Positions 38,338 to 47,849 of a stretch of 64,000 nucleotides of DNA are shown here, piece after piece (within the stretch, counting starts at the first letter, position 1; every line of letters begins with the position of its first letter). Source of the stretch: an uncultured Spirochaetota bacterium. Its GTDB lineage: Bacteria; Spirochaetota; Spirochaetia; SZUA-6; Fen-1364. The translations under genes were made by a program, and so were the position numbers. The stretch is taken from positions 1 to 64,000 of the forward strand of contig CAVTHO010000006.1 in NCBI GenBank assembly GCA_963734545.1, in the 5' to 3' direction. A model generated the notes under the pieces. The model was not told where the DNA came from. It worked only from the letters and a program-made list of their open reading frames with translations, and ran no database searches.

Positions 38338-38574
38338 ATGGACAGCCTCTATGACGAACTTTCCGAGAAGCTGAAGGCGCAGTCTCGCGCAACGAGACGC
38401 TCCACGGTGAGAGCAGACATCGGTCTACTACTGTTCTCCAATAGAGATGCGTTGCGCGACCTGTGGAAGGCGGCCGAGCAACATGAAAGGATCCATGACG
38501 CGGCTTCTTTGGAAGACCTTCACAACGCGGTCGAGAAGTTAAGTGGGTTGTTTGGGGAAAGACTCGCGCGGTGA
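38338..38574 (+). CDS. Small hypothetical protein
   Basis: 78-aa helical ORF. Confidence 0.4.
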   Translation: MDSLYDELSEKLKAQSRATRRSTVRADIGLLLFSNRDALRDLWKAAEQHERIHDAASLEDLHNAVEKLSGLFGERLAR

Positions 38575-38954
38575 GCATGAAGCGCATGTTGGCAGTGTGG
38601 ACATGTCCGAAATGTAATAGATCGTTCCTCCGATAGAGTTGTGACCCTTGAACGGTATGTACTTCTGCGCAGCACCCAAATCTTCGCTGACCTGGTGGTG
38701 ATGACAGATGCCATCAGGACTGCAGTTCACATGGGGCGTAAGGTAGGAAGCGTACGACTTACGCTGCGGACCCAAGGTAAATAGACTCCGACTCTGGTAG
38801 CTCGGTTGGGCTTGAGTGCCGAATGACGGACGTGTGCTCTTGAGTCCAAGACCCGCGCGCCCTCGCCATCCCTGGCTCGCCCAAGAGACTTTACATAGGA
38901 TTCGATGGAGCAATAGAGTGCACCGGGCCTGACACATATTCCCGAACGGACAAG

Positions 38955-39150
38955 ATGAGTCGCGCAGAGATTAAGGGTAGATTTGACCAAGGAGTGGCCT
39001 CTCTCTGCAGCCAACGGGATCCAGTATGGCTTCCCGACCATATGCTTGCCTTGATTCCTCAATTGATCAGATCGCACAGCCAGAAGGACAGCGTAGTTCT
39101 TGACATCGGTGCGGGCACCGGGAATTTGTCGCGCTCGGTATATGGACGCT
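38955..39150 (+). pseudogene. SAM methyltransferase N-terminal fragment
   Basis: VLDIGAGTGNLS motif I, then truncated. Confidence 0.6.
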
Positions 39151-39400
39151 TTAAGGATCAGGGACCGCGCCAGAGGAGTGGCCATACATGAATGCTGCCC
39201 CACCGGCTTCATCAATCAGTGCCTCGATATCATCAATCTCCCGCTCAACCGCGCAAGGAAGGGTATGGCTGCTGTCGCCGCAGCCACGTCGGTCGTAGTT
39301 GAATACAGTAAACAACGGCGCAAGCCGTTCGATAGGCCTGGTCCGGATTAGGATAGCCTCGCGCGGAGCGCGCCGGTCACCAAGATGACCGCCGGTCCGG
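39151..39400 (-). pseudogene. Alpha/beta hydrolase fragment
   Basis: FTVFNYDRRGCGDS...MYGHSSGA. Confidence 0.7.
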
Positions 39401-39489
39401 CACCCTCTGCTTGTCATAAGCAATCTTTGTTCCGTCTCGTGAAGATGGCAGGGTTCTCTTCACAGCCATACCAAAGGAGGGGTGACGAA

Positions 39490-39897
39490 ATGATCAGGTA
39501 TTCTATTGTGGGCATGGGGAGCGGCATTCTATTTGGCTTTATGGACGGCTTTATAAACGCCAATTCACTTGCTCAAAGGTTATACAGGGTCTTTGAACCC
39601 ATCGCCAGGAAGTCAATAAACATACCGGCAGGATTCGCTATTGACATCGTCTACGGTTTCGCCATGGCGGGGATCTTTCTTCTGCTTCGCTCAAGCTTGC
39701 CATTCGAATCTGGGGTACTAAAGGGATTGGTTTTTGGATTGTTAGTATGGTTTTTCCGGGTGGCAATGCAGGTGGCCACGCAGTGGGTGATGTTCAACAT
39801 CCCTATAGGCACACTAATATATGCCTTGGTCTGCGGATTGGGCGAAACGCTTGTACTTGGATTGCTTTACGGCCTCACCTTGAAGCCTTCTGCCTGA
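39490..39897 (+). CDS. Four-TM membrane protein
   Basis: AGGAGG RBS; hydrophobic; KGLVFGLLVWFFRV. Confidence 0.65.
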   Translation: MIRYSIVGMGSGILFGFMDGFINANSLAQRLYRVFEPIARKSINIPAGFAIDIVYGFAMAGIFLLLRSSLPFESGVLKGLVFGLLVWFFRVAMQVATQWVMFNIPIGTLIYALVCGLGETLVLGLLYGLTLKPSA

Positions 39898-40137
39898 ATT
39901 AGGCGATTCCCCCTAATGCTTCGTCTGCACCTGCATGCTCGAGCGTCGATATCGGATTCATTTGTTTCGCGTTCCCCCCGGCAGATGGAATACACTTTGA
40001 CCTTTGCCGCCACATCAGAGGGGGATAGCCGCGGCTTTAAGCCCTCGCGGGATTCGGCAGTAGATCTCCGCGATGAATATTAATACATTGAAGCAGTCTG
40101 CAGATAGGCGAAATGTTGACGAATACAAGGAGGCAAT

Positions 40138-40425
40138 ATGCCAGAATACCTTTTCGATGGAAAGAAACTGAAGAAGCGCTCTGGACAAAAGGAAGGAGAA
40201 CTTGACGGGAATCAGGTTAAGGCCTGGAACGGTGAGAAAGTGGGTGAAATTGAAGGCAAGAACGTTAAGGATTCTCAGGGCAAGAAAGTTCTGGAATTTG
40301 ATGGAAAAAACATTAAGGATGACAAAGGAAAGAAAATAGCGACTCTCGAAGAAGTACGGAAAATAGTCGAAGGGGAGGCTGGAATCTCCCTGGTCGCAAT
40401 GTGGTATTTTTTTGTGTGGAAATAG
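40138..40425 (+). CDS. Hypothetical protein with short beta-repeats
   Basis: AAGGAGG RBS; repeated D/EGKN(V/I)KD..GKK units. Confidence 0.7.
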   Translation: MPEYLFDGKKLKKRSGQKEGELDGNQVKAWNGEKVGEIEGKNVKDSQGKKVLEFDGKNIKDDKGKKIATLEEVRKIVEGEAGISLVAMWYFFVWK

Positions 40426-40440
40426 CCAGGATGCCACTAT

Positions 40441-40472
40441 GCATAACGGTCGTTGGAGTTGTCGCCTTGAGG
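40441..40472 (+). repeat. attC-like left half-site
   Basis: GCATAAC-GGTC-GTTGGAGTTGTCGCCTTGAGG. Confidence 0.65.
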
Positions 40473-40854
40473 ATCGAGAGTTTCTGAGGGTTCAATCATT
40501 CGAAGAAAACCCATGGTCTCCTTCAACTTCTTTGCATATCTCGTCCTTCTCACGTGCTACATGGCAATGGTGGTGCCCAAACCTGCATCAGGACAACGGA
40601 AGCGCAACGCGGACGCCCTGAGGGCCAATCAGAAAGGCGATCCGGCAAGAATGCCTATCCGGAACGATGAAGGCTGCAAATTCGCCTCTGCAACTAGACT
40701 CGACATTCTGTTCCCTATTTAGCACGGTAGAAATTATCCAGCCAATGGGCTACCCTTTGTGTCGGATACAAGGAATTGGGTCCAAGACTGCGATCCACCA
40801 TAGCGACGGAGTGCGCCTTAGCTGACGTGCGAAACAGGAAAGGGCGAAGATTGT

Positions 40855-41382
40855 ATGCAGCATAGTTTACTCATTCCCAGGAATCATAGTATTCGAAAGA
40901 AGGCACGGGGTTCAAAAAGAAAGCTACATTCGATTGAGCGTCGACTTGATTCAATACTTCTTAATATTCCTGATGAAAGCTTGCCTCATGACAAGTTCTG
41001 GCGCTACCACTTGCCTAATCCTGCCAAATTGATCGATTCCACCAATAGTTCTCGTAAATTACGCAAAAGGTTTCTTCAACTATTGGCTGATAAGCTATTT
41101 GAACTTGATAGCAGCATCAAAGGAAAGTACAAAACATTGTTGTTTCTTTCGCTCCCATTTCTTTCCCAATCTCGAATTGATATTTGCATTGATGCCAAAT
41201 ACTTCGAAAAATTGCTAAACAATATCGATGCACCTTCGACTTGGACGCCCTTGAGCCCGGATAGAAGCATCATTAGAGAACTCAACATTGCACTACCAAC
41301 CGAGTATCGAGCTAGGGGCTATCGGAATTCGACTGATCCGAAATCAACGGAAGAGAATTGGATAATATGGAAAGAGACATGA
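40855..41382 (+). CDS. Hypothetical protein (DUF3916-like)
   Basis: RKKARGSKRKL...FWRYHLP...EENWIIW. Confidence 0.55.
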   Translation: MQHSLLIPRNHSIRKKARGSKRKLHSIERRLDSILLNIPDESLPHDKFWRYHLPNPAKLIDSTNSSRKLRKRFLQLLADKLFELDSSIKGKYKTLLFLSLPFLSQSRIDICIDAKYFEKLLNNIDAPSTWTPLSPDRSIIRELNIALPTEYRARGYRNSTDPKSTEENWIIWKET

Positions 41383-41578
41383 GACTCAGCGGGTGCGCGG
41401 ATTCCCTTGAGGCGGACCTTAACGAATCCACCGCCGGAGGCGGCTGATTTGAGCCAGGCCAGAAGAGGCCTGGTTTTTCGCGCTCCTTCTCTTAGAACCG
41501 CTCCTTTTCTTCCTGGTATTGCACGTTCGGAACCCCAAACTAGTGGACAGCAACCCTTAGATTCACGGGTCTACTACA

Positions 41579-42088
41579 CTATTTCGAACTCAGCTTTGGC
41601 CTAGTTCTATAGAACGTGATCAAGTCTGTCCCAATCGGCTTCGATCCAATCTGACGCAATAACGTGATGATCTGTCCCCGATGATAGGAGGAATGATTGA
41701 CCAAATGTTGCATCTGTTGGAATAGAGGCTCTGATTGTCGGTTCCCTTTGAGATCGCCGTAAGAGAAGGAGTCGTTGAGCTTGCGTTCATCGAGGTTTCC
41801 TAGATAGCTATCCAGGTCGGCTTGGTACTTCTTCCACTGACTTTTCAAAGATTCAAGGTTGGGTATCTCATTCGCAGTGACGGACGCCGATGGGGAGCTG
41901 CCATTCCATCGTTGAAGCCAGATCATGTTTGATCCGTAAATGTGCACGAGAGTTCCATGGATTCCGCCATGGCTGGATGTCAAGTCCGCAAGGTACTTCC
42001 GCTCCGGAACAGAAGAAACCGTTTCTAGAATCCGATCGATTGCCCATGCATCGTACTCGAACAAGGCGAAAATTTCTTGCAGCATCAT
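41579..42088 (-). CDS. DinB-family protein
   Basis: GIHGTLVHI...QHLVNHSSYHRGQIITLLRQ. Confidence 0.88.
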   Translation of the reverse strand: MMLQEIFALFEYDAWAIDRILETVSSVPERKYLADLTSSHGGIHGTLVHIYGSNMIWLQRWNGSSPSASVTANEIPNLESLKSQWKKYQADLDSYLGNLDERKLNDSFSYGDLKGNRQSEPLFQQMQHLVNHSSYHRGQIITLLRQIGSKPIGTDLITFYRTRPKLSSK

Positions 42089-42305
42089 ATCATAAATCTG
42101 CTGACGCAACTCCAAAGGGTCAATAGGCAAATAATGGAGTCCGGCCGGGCTGGGCCATGGACAGAGACTTCTGGGTCTGGGATTGAATGCCAAAAACGCC
42201 GTGAGTTGCATGCCGACCAGATCTTCTGAGGGTGCTGTACATTGCGCGGATCGCCGCACTTCTGATCGAAGGAAGCTTATCCCACCGAAATTGAATCTAG
42301 ACCCT

Positions 42306-42334
42306 GCATAACATAGAGTTCAGTTTCGCCGCCG
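42306..42334 (-). repeat. attC-like right half-site (minus strand)
   Basis: Reverse complement reads GGCGGCGAAACTGAACTCTATGTTATGC. Confidence 0.75.
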
Positions 42335-42499
42335 ACAAGAGCTTAAAGAATCCACCGCCAGAGGAGGTGGACTTGAGCCAGGCCTCTAGAAGAGGCCTGG
42401 CTCTTTGCGCTCTTTCTCTTCGAACCGCTCCTTTTCTTCCTGGTATCGCATGTAACGCCATCTCTTTTTCTCGTCCCAGCCCTACGGTCGTTACGCTTT

Positions 42500-42662
42500 T
42501 GCCGCGGCTCATTCCGAAGTGTGAAGGAACTGACTGCCAAGATCGACCAGTTCGTGTCGACCTACAACAAAAAGGCAAAGGCGTTCACCTGGGTCGCTAC
42601 CGCTGAATCGATCCAGCAAAAGTCGAGCGCTTAAGTCAGCAAATTTCTGGGACAGCACACTA
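42500..42662 (+). mobile_element. IS630-family 3' remnant
   Basis: Translates RGSFRSVKELTAKIDQFVSTYNKKAKAFTWVATAESI; ends GGGACAGCACAC-TA. Confidence 0.7.
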
Positions 42663-42768
42663 GATGGCCACTCCTTTACCGCCTATCATCGCGCAACGGA
42701 TTCCAAATGGCCTTTAAAGGTATCCTTTGGCGAGCGTCGCAATCACCATTGTTTGTGTTTCAAATACG

Positions 42769-43455
42769 CTAATCTACTTTAACAAATTGAAATCCAAATC
42801 GTTGTCCAATTTCGCTTCTAGACTTCGTATCCATTAGATTGCGGTACCCCAGGCCTGGTACGTTGTACGGTAGCGCAAACAAGTTCCAAATCTCTGCCTG
42901 TCTATCATCCGCCGATGCATACTTTCCCTCTAGGACGGTCCTTAGTTTTGAAACATCTGCGCTCGGAAACGTGCTTTCAATGTCTTCCAGCCCCTGGATC
43001 GAAGAAGACTTTCCTGCCCCAGGGGACGAATCATATTCAAATACCTTCTCTCCATATGCGTAGGCTGCTATCGACAGCTCTTTGCTATCATGGTTGAGCA
43101 CATAAACAGCAATGGATTCTAAGCTTTTTGAAAGCCTCTTTGCCAGGTTCCTACCATAAACATCGTCCTGGCTGTCCATTGTCTTTTCGCAGATGACAGC
43201 CGCGTCAGGCTTCCCTAGGACAACAATCGCTGTGAGACCCATGTCCTTGGCTGCGTCAACGACAGCGTCGGGATTTGTGCCCACAATGGTTATGTTCGCA
43301 TAGAACGACCCCGCCCATGAAAGCACCGGCAACAACGCCAACCCAGCGGCCACCAACAGAACTAGTCGCAGTTTCAAGGCGCTCGCTCCTTTCACTAAAG
43401 GAGCGAGCAGTATAATACATTTCCTGATGCAATGCACCAGCATATAGCGGGCCAT
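42769..43455 (-). CDS. Secreted hypothetical cassette protein (start probably near 43377)
   Basis: Signal-like LKLRLVLLVAAGLALLPVLSWAGSFY; lies between minus-strand sites. Confidence 0.6.
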   Translation of the reverse strand: MARYMLVHCIRKCIILLAPLVKGASALKLRLVLLVAAGLALLPVLSWAGSFYANITIVGTNPDAVVDAAKDMGLTAIVVLGKPDAAVICEKTMDSQDDVYGRNLAKRLSKSLESIAVYVLNHDSKELSIAAYAYGEKVFEYDSSPGAGKSSSIQGLEDIESTFPSADVSKLRTVLEGKYASADDRQAEIWNLFALPYNVPGLGYRNLMDTKSRSEIGQRFGFQFVKVD

Positions 43456-43565
43456 CTATCATAGAGTTGAGCTGTGCCGCCGAATAAGACTTGTAGTAGC
43501 GTAGCGGATAAGCCCCTTCAAACCAAACTGCACCCACGGCGACAGTTCCAACGATTTTGCTAGAG
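43454..43565 (-). repeat. Degenerate attC-like site (minus strand)
   Basis: Reverse complement reads CTCTAGC-AAAATC-GTTGGAACTGTCGCC...GGCACAGCTCAAC-TCTAT-GATAGAT. Confidence 0.75.
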
Positions 43566-43623
43566 CGTTCCCACCATGCGTTTCACTGAGCTTTTTTCTT
43601 CAGGTACTTGTCGAAAAAGGGCA

Positions 43624-44350
43624 CTACCTGAGGGTGACTCGGGCATTCAGGTGCCCCATCGACGGCACCATGATCGACGTGTGGTTCGCACCAACTTCCT
43701 TCATCTTCTTGTCAAGCAGCTCTGCCTGCGACGGATAACCGTTCTCCCCCATGATGCCAAGCACAGGTGGGCTACCGCGACGAACATACGTGACTGCGCT
43801 CACGATGCGGTACTTCTCTGGCACTGCAGAAGGAGAGCCTCCAAGGAGTCCTTCAAGCACTTCGTGTACTTCTTCTAGCTCGTCATACGCTTTCTCTATG
43901 TCTGCGGCTGCTCCAATAGCGACGACCGCCTGCACGTCGCAGCGATATTCTCCGTTCTTGACGTCCCCGTCCGAGTTGTCCTGTTGCTTTGCAAGTCCAG
44001 CTAAAAGAGCCAACCGGCCTCCCGATGACCGGCCAATTAGGCCTATCTTCTGTGGATCAATGCCATACCGGTCTGCGCAAGCCCGTACCCATCGTGTTGC
44101 GTTCTTCACGTCATAGATCTGCGCAGGAAATTGGAACTTGGTCCTATTTCCATCCTTGATGCCTATTGGGACTGTAGTCTATTGAGATCGCAACGTATCC
44201 GCTTTCGGCAGTGTCCTTGATTGCGCAGGAGAATTGGCGGCGATCAAGCTGTGGTCCCCACAACTTGCCACATATGTTGCCTTGGGAGATCACTGCCGGC
44301 TGTTTCTCATGCTGGTCGGCTAGCCTGGCTACGTCAAGCCTCAGATTTAG
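43624..44350 (-). pseudogene. Alpha/beta hydrolase, paralog of 33056-33982, frameshifted
   Basis: KFPAQIYDVKNATRW...GRSSGG; disrupted 5' part. Confidence 0.75.
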
Positions 44351-44632
44351 CCCGTTTCAGCTGTAATAGACAATGTCCTTCTCGAAGGAGACTTTCTACG
44401 CCCGGAGCGGTACCCAGGGGCCAGCATCAACTATGTGCCTAGATAAGAGTACCATCGACTTCTGCCAAGCCCACGCATTTTCACGCACTCCTCTCTCTTT
44501 GCCGTAGAGACAGCAGCCGCCTAACCTCTTGTCATTCCTATGGACAGGGAGCAAACCCACTCCCGAATAGGCCCAATGGGCCATAGCGGCGCACGATGAG
44601 GTTGCTGTGCTCCCCTGACAATTCCCCAAACG

Positions 44633-44745
44633 CTCTAGCATAGAGTTAAGTTGCCCCGCATCAGCACAGAACTGCATCGAATTCCCAGACTGCACCGATC
44701 GTTCCAGGCGACCTCTTAGGGGACAACTGCAACGATTTGTCGGGC
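44633..44745 (-). repeat. attC-like site adjacent to the recombinase (minus strand)
   Basis: Reverse complement reads GCCCGAC-AAATC-GTTGCAGTTGTCCCC...GGGGCAACTTAAC-TCTAT-GCTAGAG. Confidence 0.85.
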
Positions 44746-44812
44746 TGCTCTTTCCCTTTGTTTCTTTATGTTATCTTGTACCATCACCATTGACACTTAG
44801 GGGGACACAGCC

Positions 44813-45700
44813 ATGGGAACTTTGCGGGACTCAATGCGAACTGCAATGGAAATACGAGGTTATTCCAAAAGGACCGTGGAAATCTACCTGTCCTGTGTAC
44901 GGGTCTTTGCGAATCACTTTAAACGGTCTCCTTTGCTGATCTCCGCGAAGGAGGTAGAGTCCTTTTTCCACTTCCTCCGTCAACAGCATAAGAGCGATTC
45001 GACGATCCATCTCTACTACTTTTCATTAAGGCTCTTCTACCACATTAACAATATCAGCGACCGGCTACCGAGGTTTGCCTTTAGGAGAATACAGAATAAA
45101 GTTCCCATGATCTTGAGTCAAGAGAAAGTGGTGACAATACTAAGTAGCTGTAAAAGCCTCAAATTTAGAACGCTCTTCTCTTTGGCTTATGCTTCCGGAC
45201 TGCGGACCTCGGAACTACGAGACCTAACTGTGCGCGACATCGACTTTGACAGGAAGCAGGTATACGTCAGAAACGGAAAGTGTGGACGCAACCGATACTC
45301 AATCCTCGGGAACAGGATCATGCAACTACTACATACCTATATGAATGTGTACAGGCCGCACTCCTTTCTTTTCTACAATCGGGAGGACGGTACCACCAGA
45401 GTTGGCAAAGATGCAATCAGAAGAGAACTGAAGAAGCTTTTAGTCAAGAACGGAATAGATGCCCATGAGGTGCATCTGCACACGTTGAGACACTGCTTTG
45501 CTACGCACCTAATGGAAAACGGCACCAGCATATTTTACATTATGCACCTGCTTGGTCACGCAAGTATCTACACCACGATGGTGTACCTTCACATGCAGGA
45601 CCTGGAGAAACTGAACATTACGTCGCCAATCGACATACTTGAGCTGCGCCCGAATGAGGACACCGAACCTCAGAAAGAGCTATTCGGGGAAACCGCTTGA
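44813..45700 (+). CDS. Tyrosine recombinase/integrase (IntI-like N-terminus, no IntI-specific insertion)
   Basis: RGYSKRTVEIY N-terminus; catalytic SGLR, GK, HTLRH, LLGH, TTMVY; C-terminal TSPID. Confidence 0.92.
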   Translation: MGTLRDSMRTAMEIRGYSKRTVEIYLSCVRVFANHFKRSPLLISAKEVESFFHFLRQQHKSDSTIHLYYFSLRLFYHINNISDRLPRFAFRRIQNKVPMILSQEKVVTILSSCKSLKFRTLFSLAYASGLRTSELRDLTVRDIDFDRKQVYVRNGKCGRNRYSILGNRIMQLLHTYMNVYRPHSFLFYNREDGTTRVGKDAIRRELKKLLVKNGIDAHEVHLHTLRHCFATHLMENGTSIFYIMHLLGHASIYTTMVYLHMQDLEKLNITSPIDILELRPNEDTEPQKELFGETA

Positions 45701-45799
45701 AGTGGACCACAGCATAGGGCAAGACTCCGAGGAAGTCGGCCCAACATAGATGTCTCATCACTTCGCGATATTGCTTTTTCTCAGCAACCTTCCATTTCT

Positions 45800-46366
45800 T
45801 CAACTAAATTCCTTTAGCAATTCATTCGTTTTTCTCAGGTCGAAGGTTTCTGAATCAAACTTCGGACCAATGAATTCCCGTATTTCTTGATATCGTTTGT
45901 GTCTAGGGTTGTCGTAGATCTTTACTTTCTCCATGTACTCTCGCGAGCCGCCACTATCTTCAACTGGACCATGCCGAAAACCTTCAATGCATTCCGTCGA
46001 TTGTTTTTGCTGAAAACCATCATTCTTTGGTTCGTTGCAGAGCTCGATCTCCCAACGGTCACCAAAATCATATTCATACGTAATAACTGCTACGTCTTCT
46101 GCAAATATGTTGGAGAGTTTTGTGCGAATCGAACTTTGCCTTCCTATGTCCGCATCATGTTCACTAGGAGGAAAATACCGCTTTTTGTCAATCACAAACG
46201 CATAAAGATGATTGTCTCTCCATCCCATTAGTACTTGGAGGATCGCGTGCAACCTTTCAAGTGTAATGTCTGATGACACCAGCAGTTTTCTCCAGATCTC
46301 GGGCTTTACGTCCTTCACTGAAACTCTGAACTGCAGAGTTCGTGACTGAGTTCTATTTTGCTTCAT
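45800..46366 (-). CDS. Plasmid pRiA4b ORF-3 family protein
   Basis: PEIWRKLLV...LHAILQVLMGWRDNHLY...YEYDFGDRW...GPVEDSGG. Confidence 0.88.
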   Translation of the reverse strand: MKQNRTQSRTLQFRVSVKDVKPEIWRKLLVSSDITLERLHAILQVLMGWRDNHLYAFVIDKKRYFPPSEHDADIGRQSSIRTKLSNIFAEDVAVITYEYDFGDRWEIELCNEPKNDGFQQKQSTECIEGFRHGPVEDSGGSREYMEKVKIYDNPRHKRYQEIREFIGPKFDSETFDLRKTNELLKEFS

Positions 46367-46564
46367 TCAATTCCTTCTTGATGCAACTAATGTAACCATA
46401 AACGGTTCACTTGCATACATGAGTCGATCCGCACGTAATTCGGGCAAAGAGTTGCAAGACTCTCTATGCCGTGCATCTATGGAGTATGCAGGCCAGGATC
46501 CCCGTCTCGCCCTCCCGCCATGGAAAACTCACGCTACGTCACGCGGCAAAATTTCAGATTTCTT

Positions 46565-46675
46565 ATGAGAGGTTCAGTTGCCCCGCCATATCAGGCCAGA
46601 ATTGCGTGGAATTGCCGGGCTGCACCTGCCGATCCAAGCGGCCGCATAAGGGACAACTGCAACGATCTGTTATGG
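46565..46675 (-). repeat. attC-like site (minus strand), R' lost
   Basis: Reverse complement reads CCATAAC-AGATC-GTTGCAGTTGTCCC...GGGGCAACTGAAC-CTCTCAT. Confidence 0.82.
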
Positions 46676-46677
46676 CT

Positions 46678-46855
46678 CGCGGATTCAAGAAGTAAGTGCA
46701 ACACTCCTCTGGTCAATAAATGAGAGAGTTGCGATGCTATTACGGTACGCCTCCATTTTCCGCCAAGAAAGGGGATTCATACTTGCGTAGCTACACTCAA
46801 CTCTCTCAAGACGAACGGTACCACATCATCGAGCTGGGAAGCAATCATTGCCTTA
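46678..46855 (+). mobile_element. IS30-family 5' remnant
   Basis: IR CGCGGATTCAAGAAGTAAGTGCAA, then LRSYTQLSQDERYHIIE. Confidence 0.8.
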
Positions 46856-47049
46856 CAGAACCGGCCGGTTGACCGTTGTCTTATCCTTTTCTTAAGCAAT
46901 AGCCCGCCGGGTGTAGTTTTCAATATCTCGAGTTCTATGTATGACCAATCTAGGCAGCAGAAGTCTCCGACTGCAAGAGCGAAATTCTTCGATGAAAAAG
47001 GATGTAGCTGAGGTGGACCTTAAAGCCAAGACAACGTCCTGGCGATCCG

Positions 47050-47690
47050 TTGATTGCTCAAGCAGCAGCCTCTATGCGACCTTTTGGGTAGACAGTACCC
47101 GGTGTTCGCCCACCAAGTGACTGATGACGACGGAATGAATTGTAGTGCTCAATATAGCGACCGATCTCCAGCCGCGCCTCGTTCAGATTGGCGTACTCCT
47201 TCAGGTAGAACTCCTCGTATTTCAGACTCCGCCCAGAAACGCTCTATGGCGACGTTGTCCAGCGCCCGCCCTTTGCCGTCGGTACTCATGTGTACCCCAG
47301 CGGCAAGAAGCGGCTCGACGAATCCCGGATAGGTGAACTGAGACCCTCTTCTCATTCTCACTCCCGCCGTGATGGTATTATGAAGAGCGCGCCACGCCCG
47401 CCAGCTGACACTGTTCACATGCGGGAAGTTCAGTATCGGCCACGATCATGGCCTTTCGTTGGGCAGATCCGAGACCTGAGTTTTTCTTAACCAGGACATG
47501 ACCACCTGCCGATGCCCGAAGGTCTTGTACAATTCCTCTCGCTCGGCATCAAGGCGCTTTCCGTCGCGCTCAACTTGGGCGGCGAATAGCGCGGGGCCCC
47601 TTCTCTAGGAGCTCTAGTTTCCATTGCGTCACCTGCTGCGCGTGCACGTGGTACTCTTCAGCCATCTTCGCCGATTGCTTCTCGCCGTGG
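47050..47690 (-). pseudogene. IS3-family transposase fragments
   Basis: GSQFT...MSTDGKGRALDNVAIERFW; an OrfA-like piece (ELYKTFGHRQ) upstream. Confidence 0.7.
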
Positions 47691-47849
47691 ATCGCCTCGA
47701 GGGCATGGCGGCAGAGTTATTTGCCGGATTCTGCAAGAGCAGAGAATCGGTCGACACTATGTTGCGCGGTACGGCGACTGAACCTCTTGACATGAATCAT
47801 CAGGGCTTTCCCAAGTAGGTTCCTTCCTGATATCCTTTGGTGTCAGGCA

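Noticed and set aside
44813-45700. Naming the recombinase intI or xerC/xerD
   Set aside because: It lacks the IntI-specific insertion, and its N-terminus and context do not fit a housekeeping Xer
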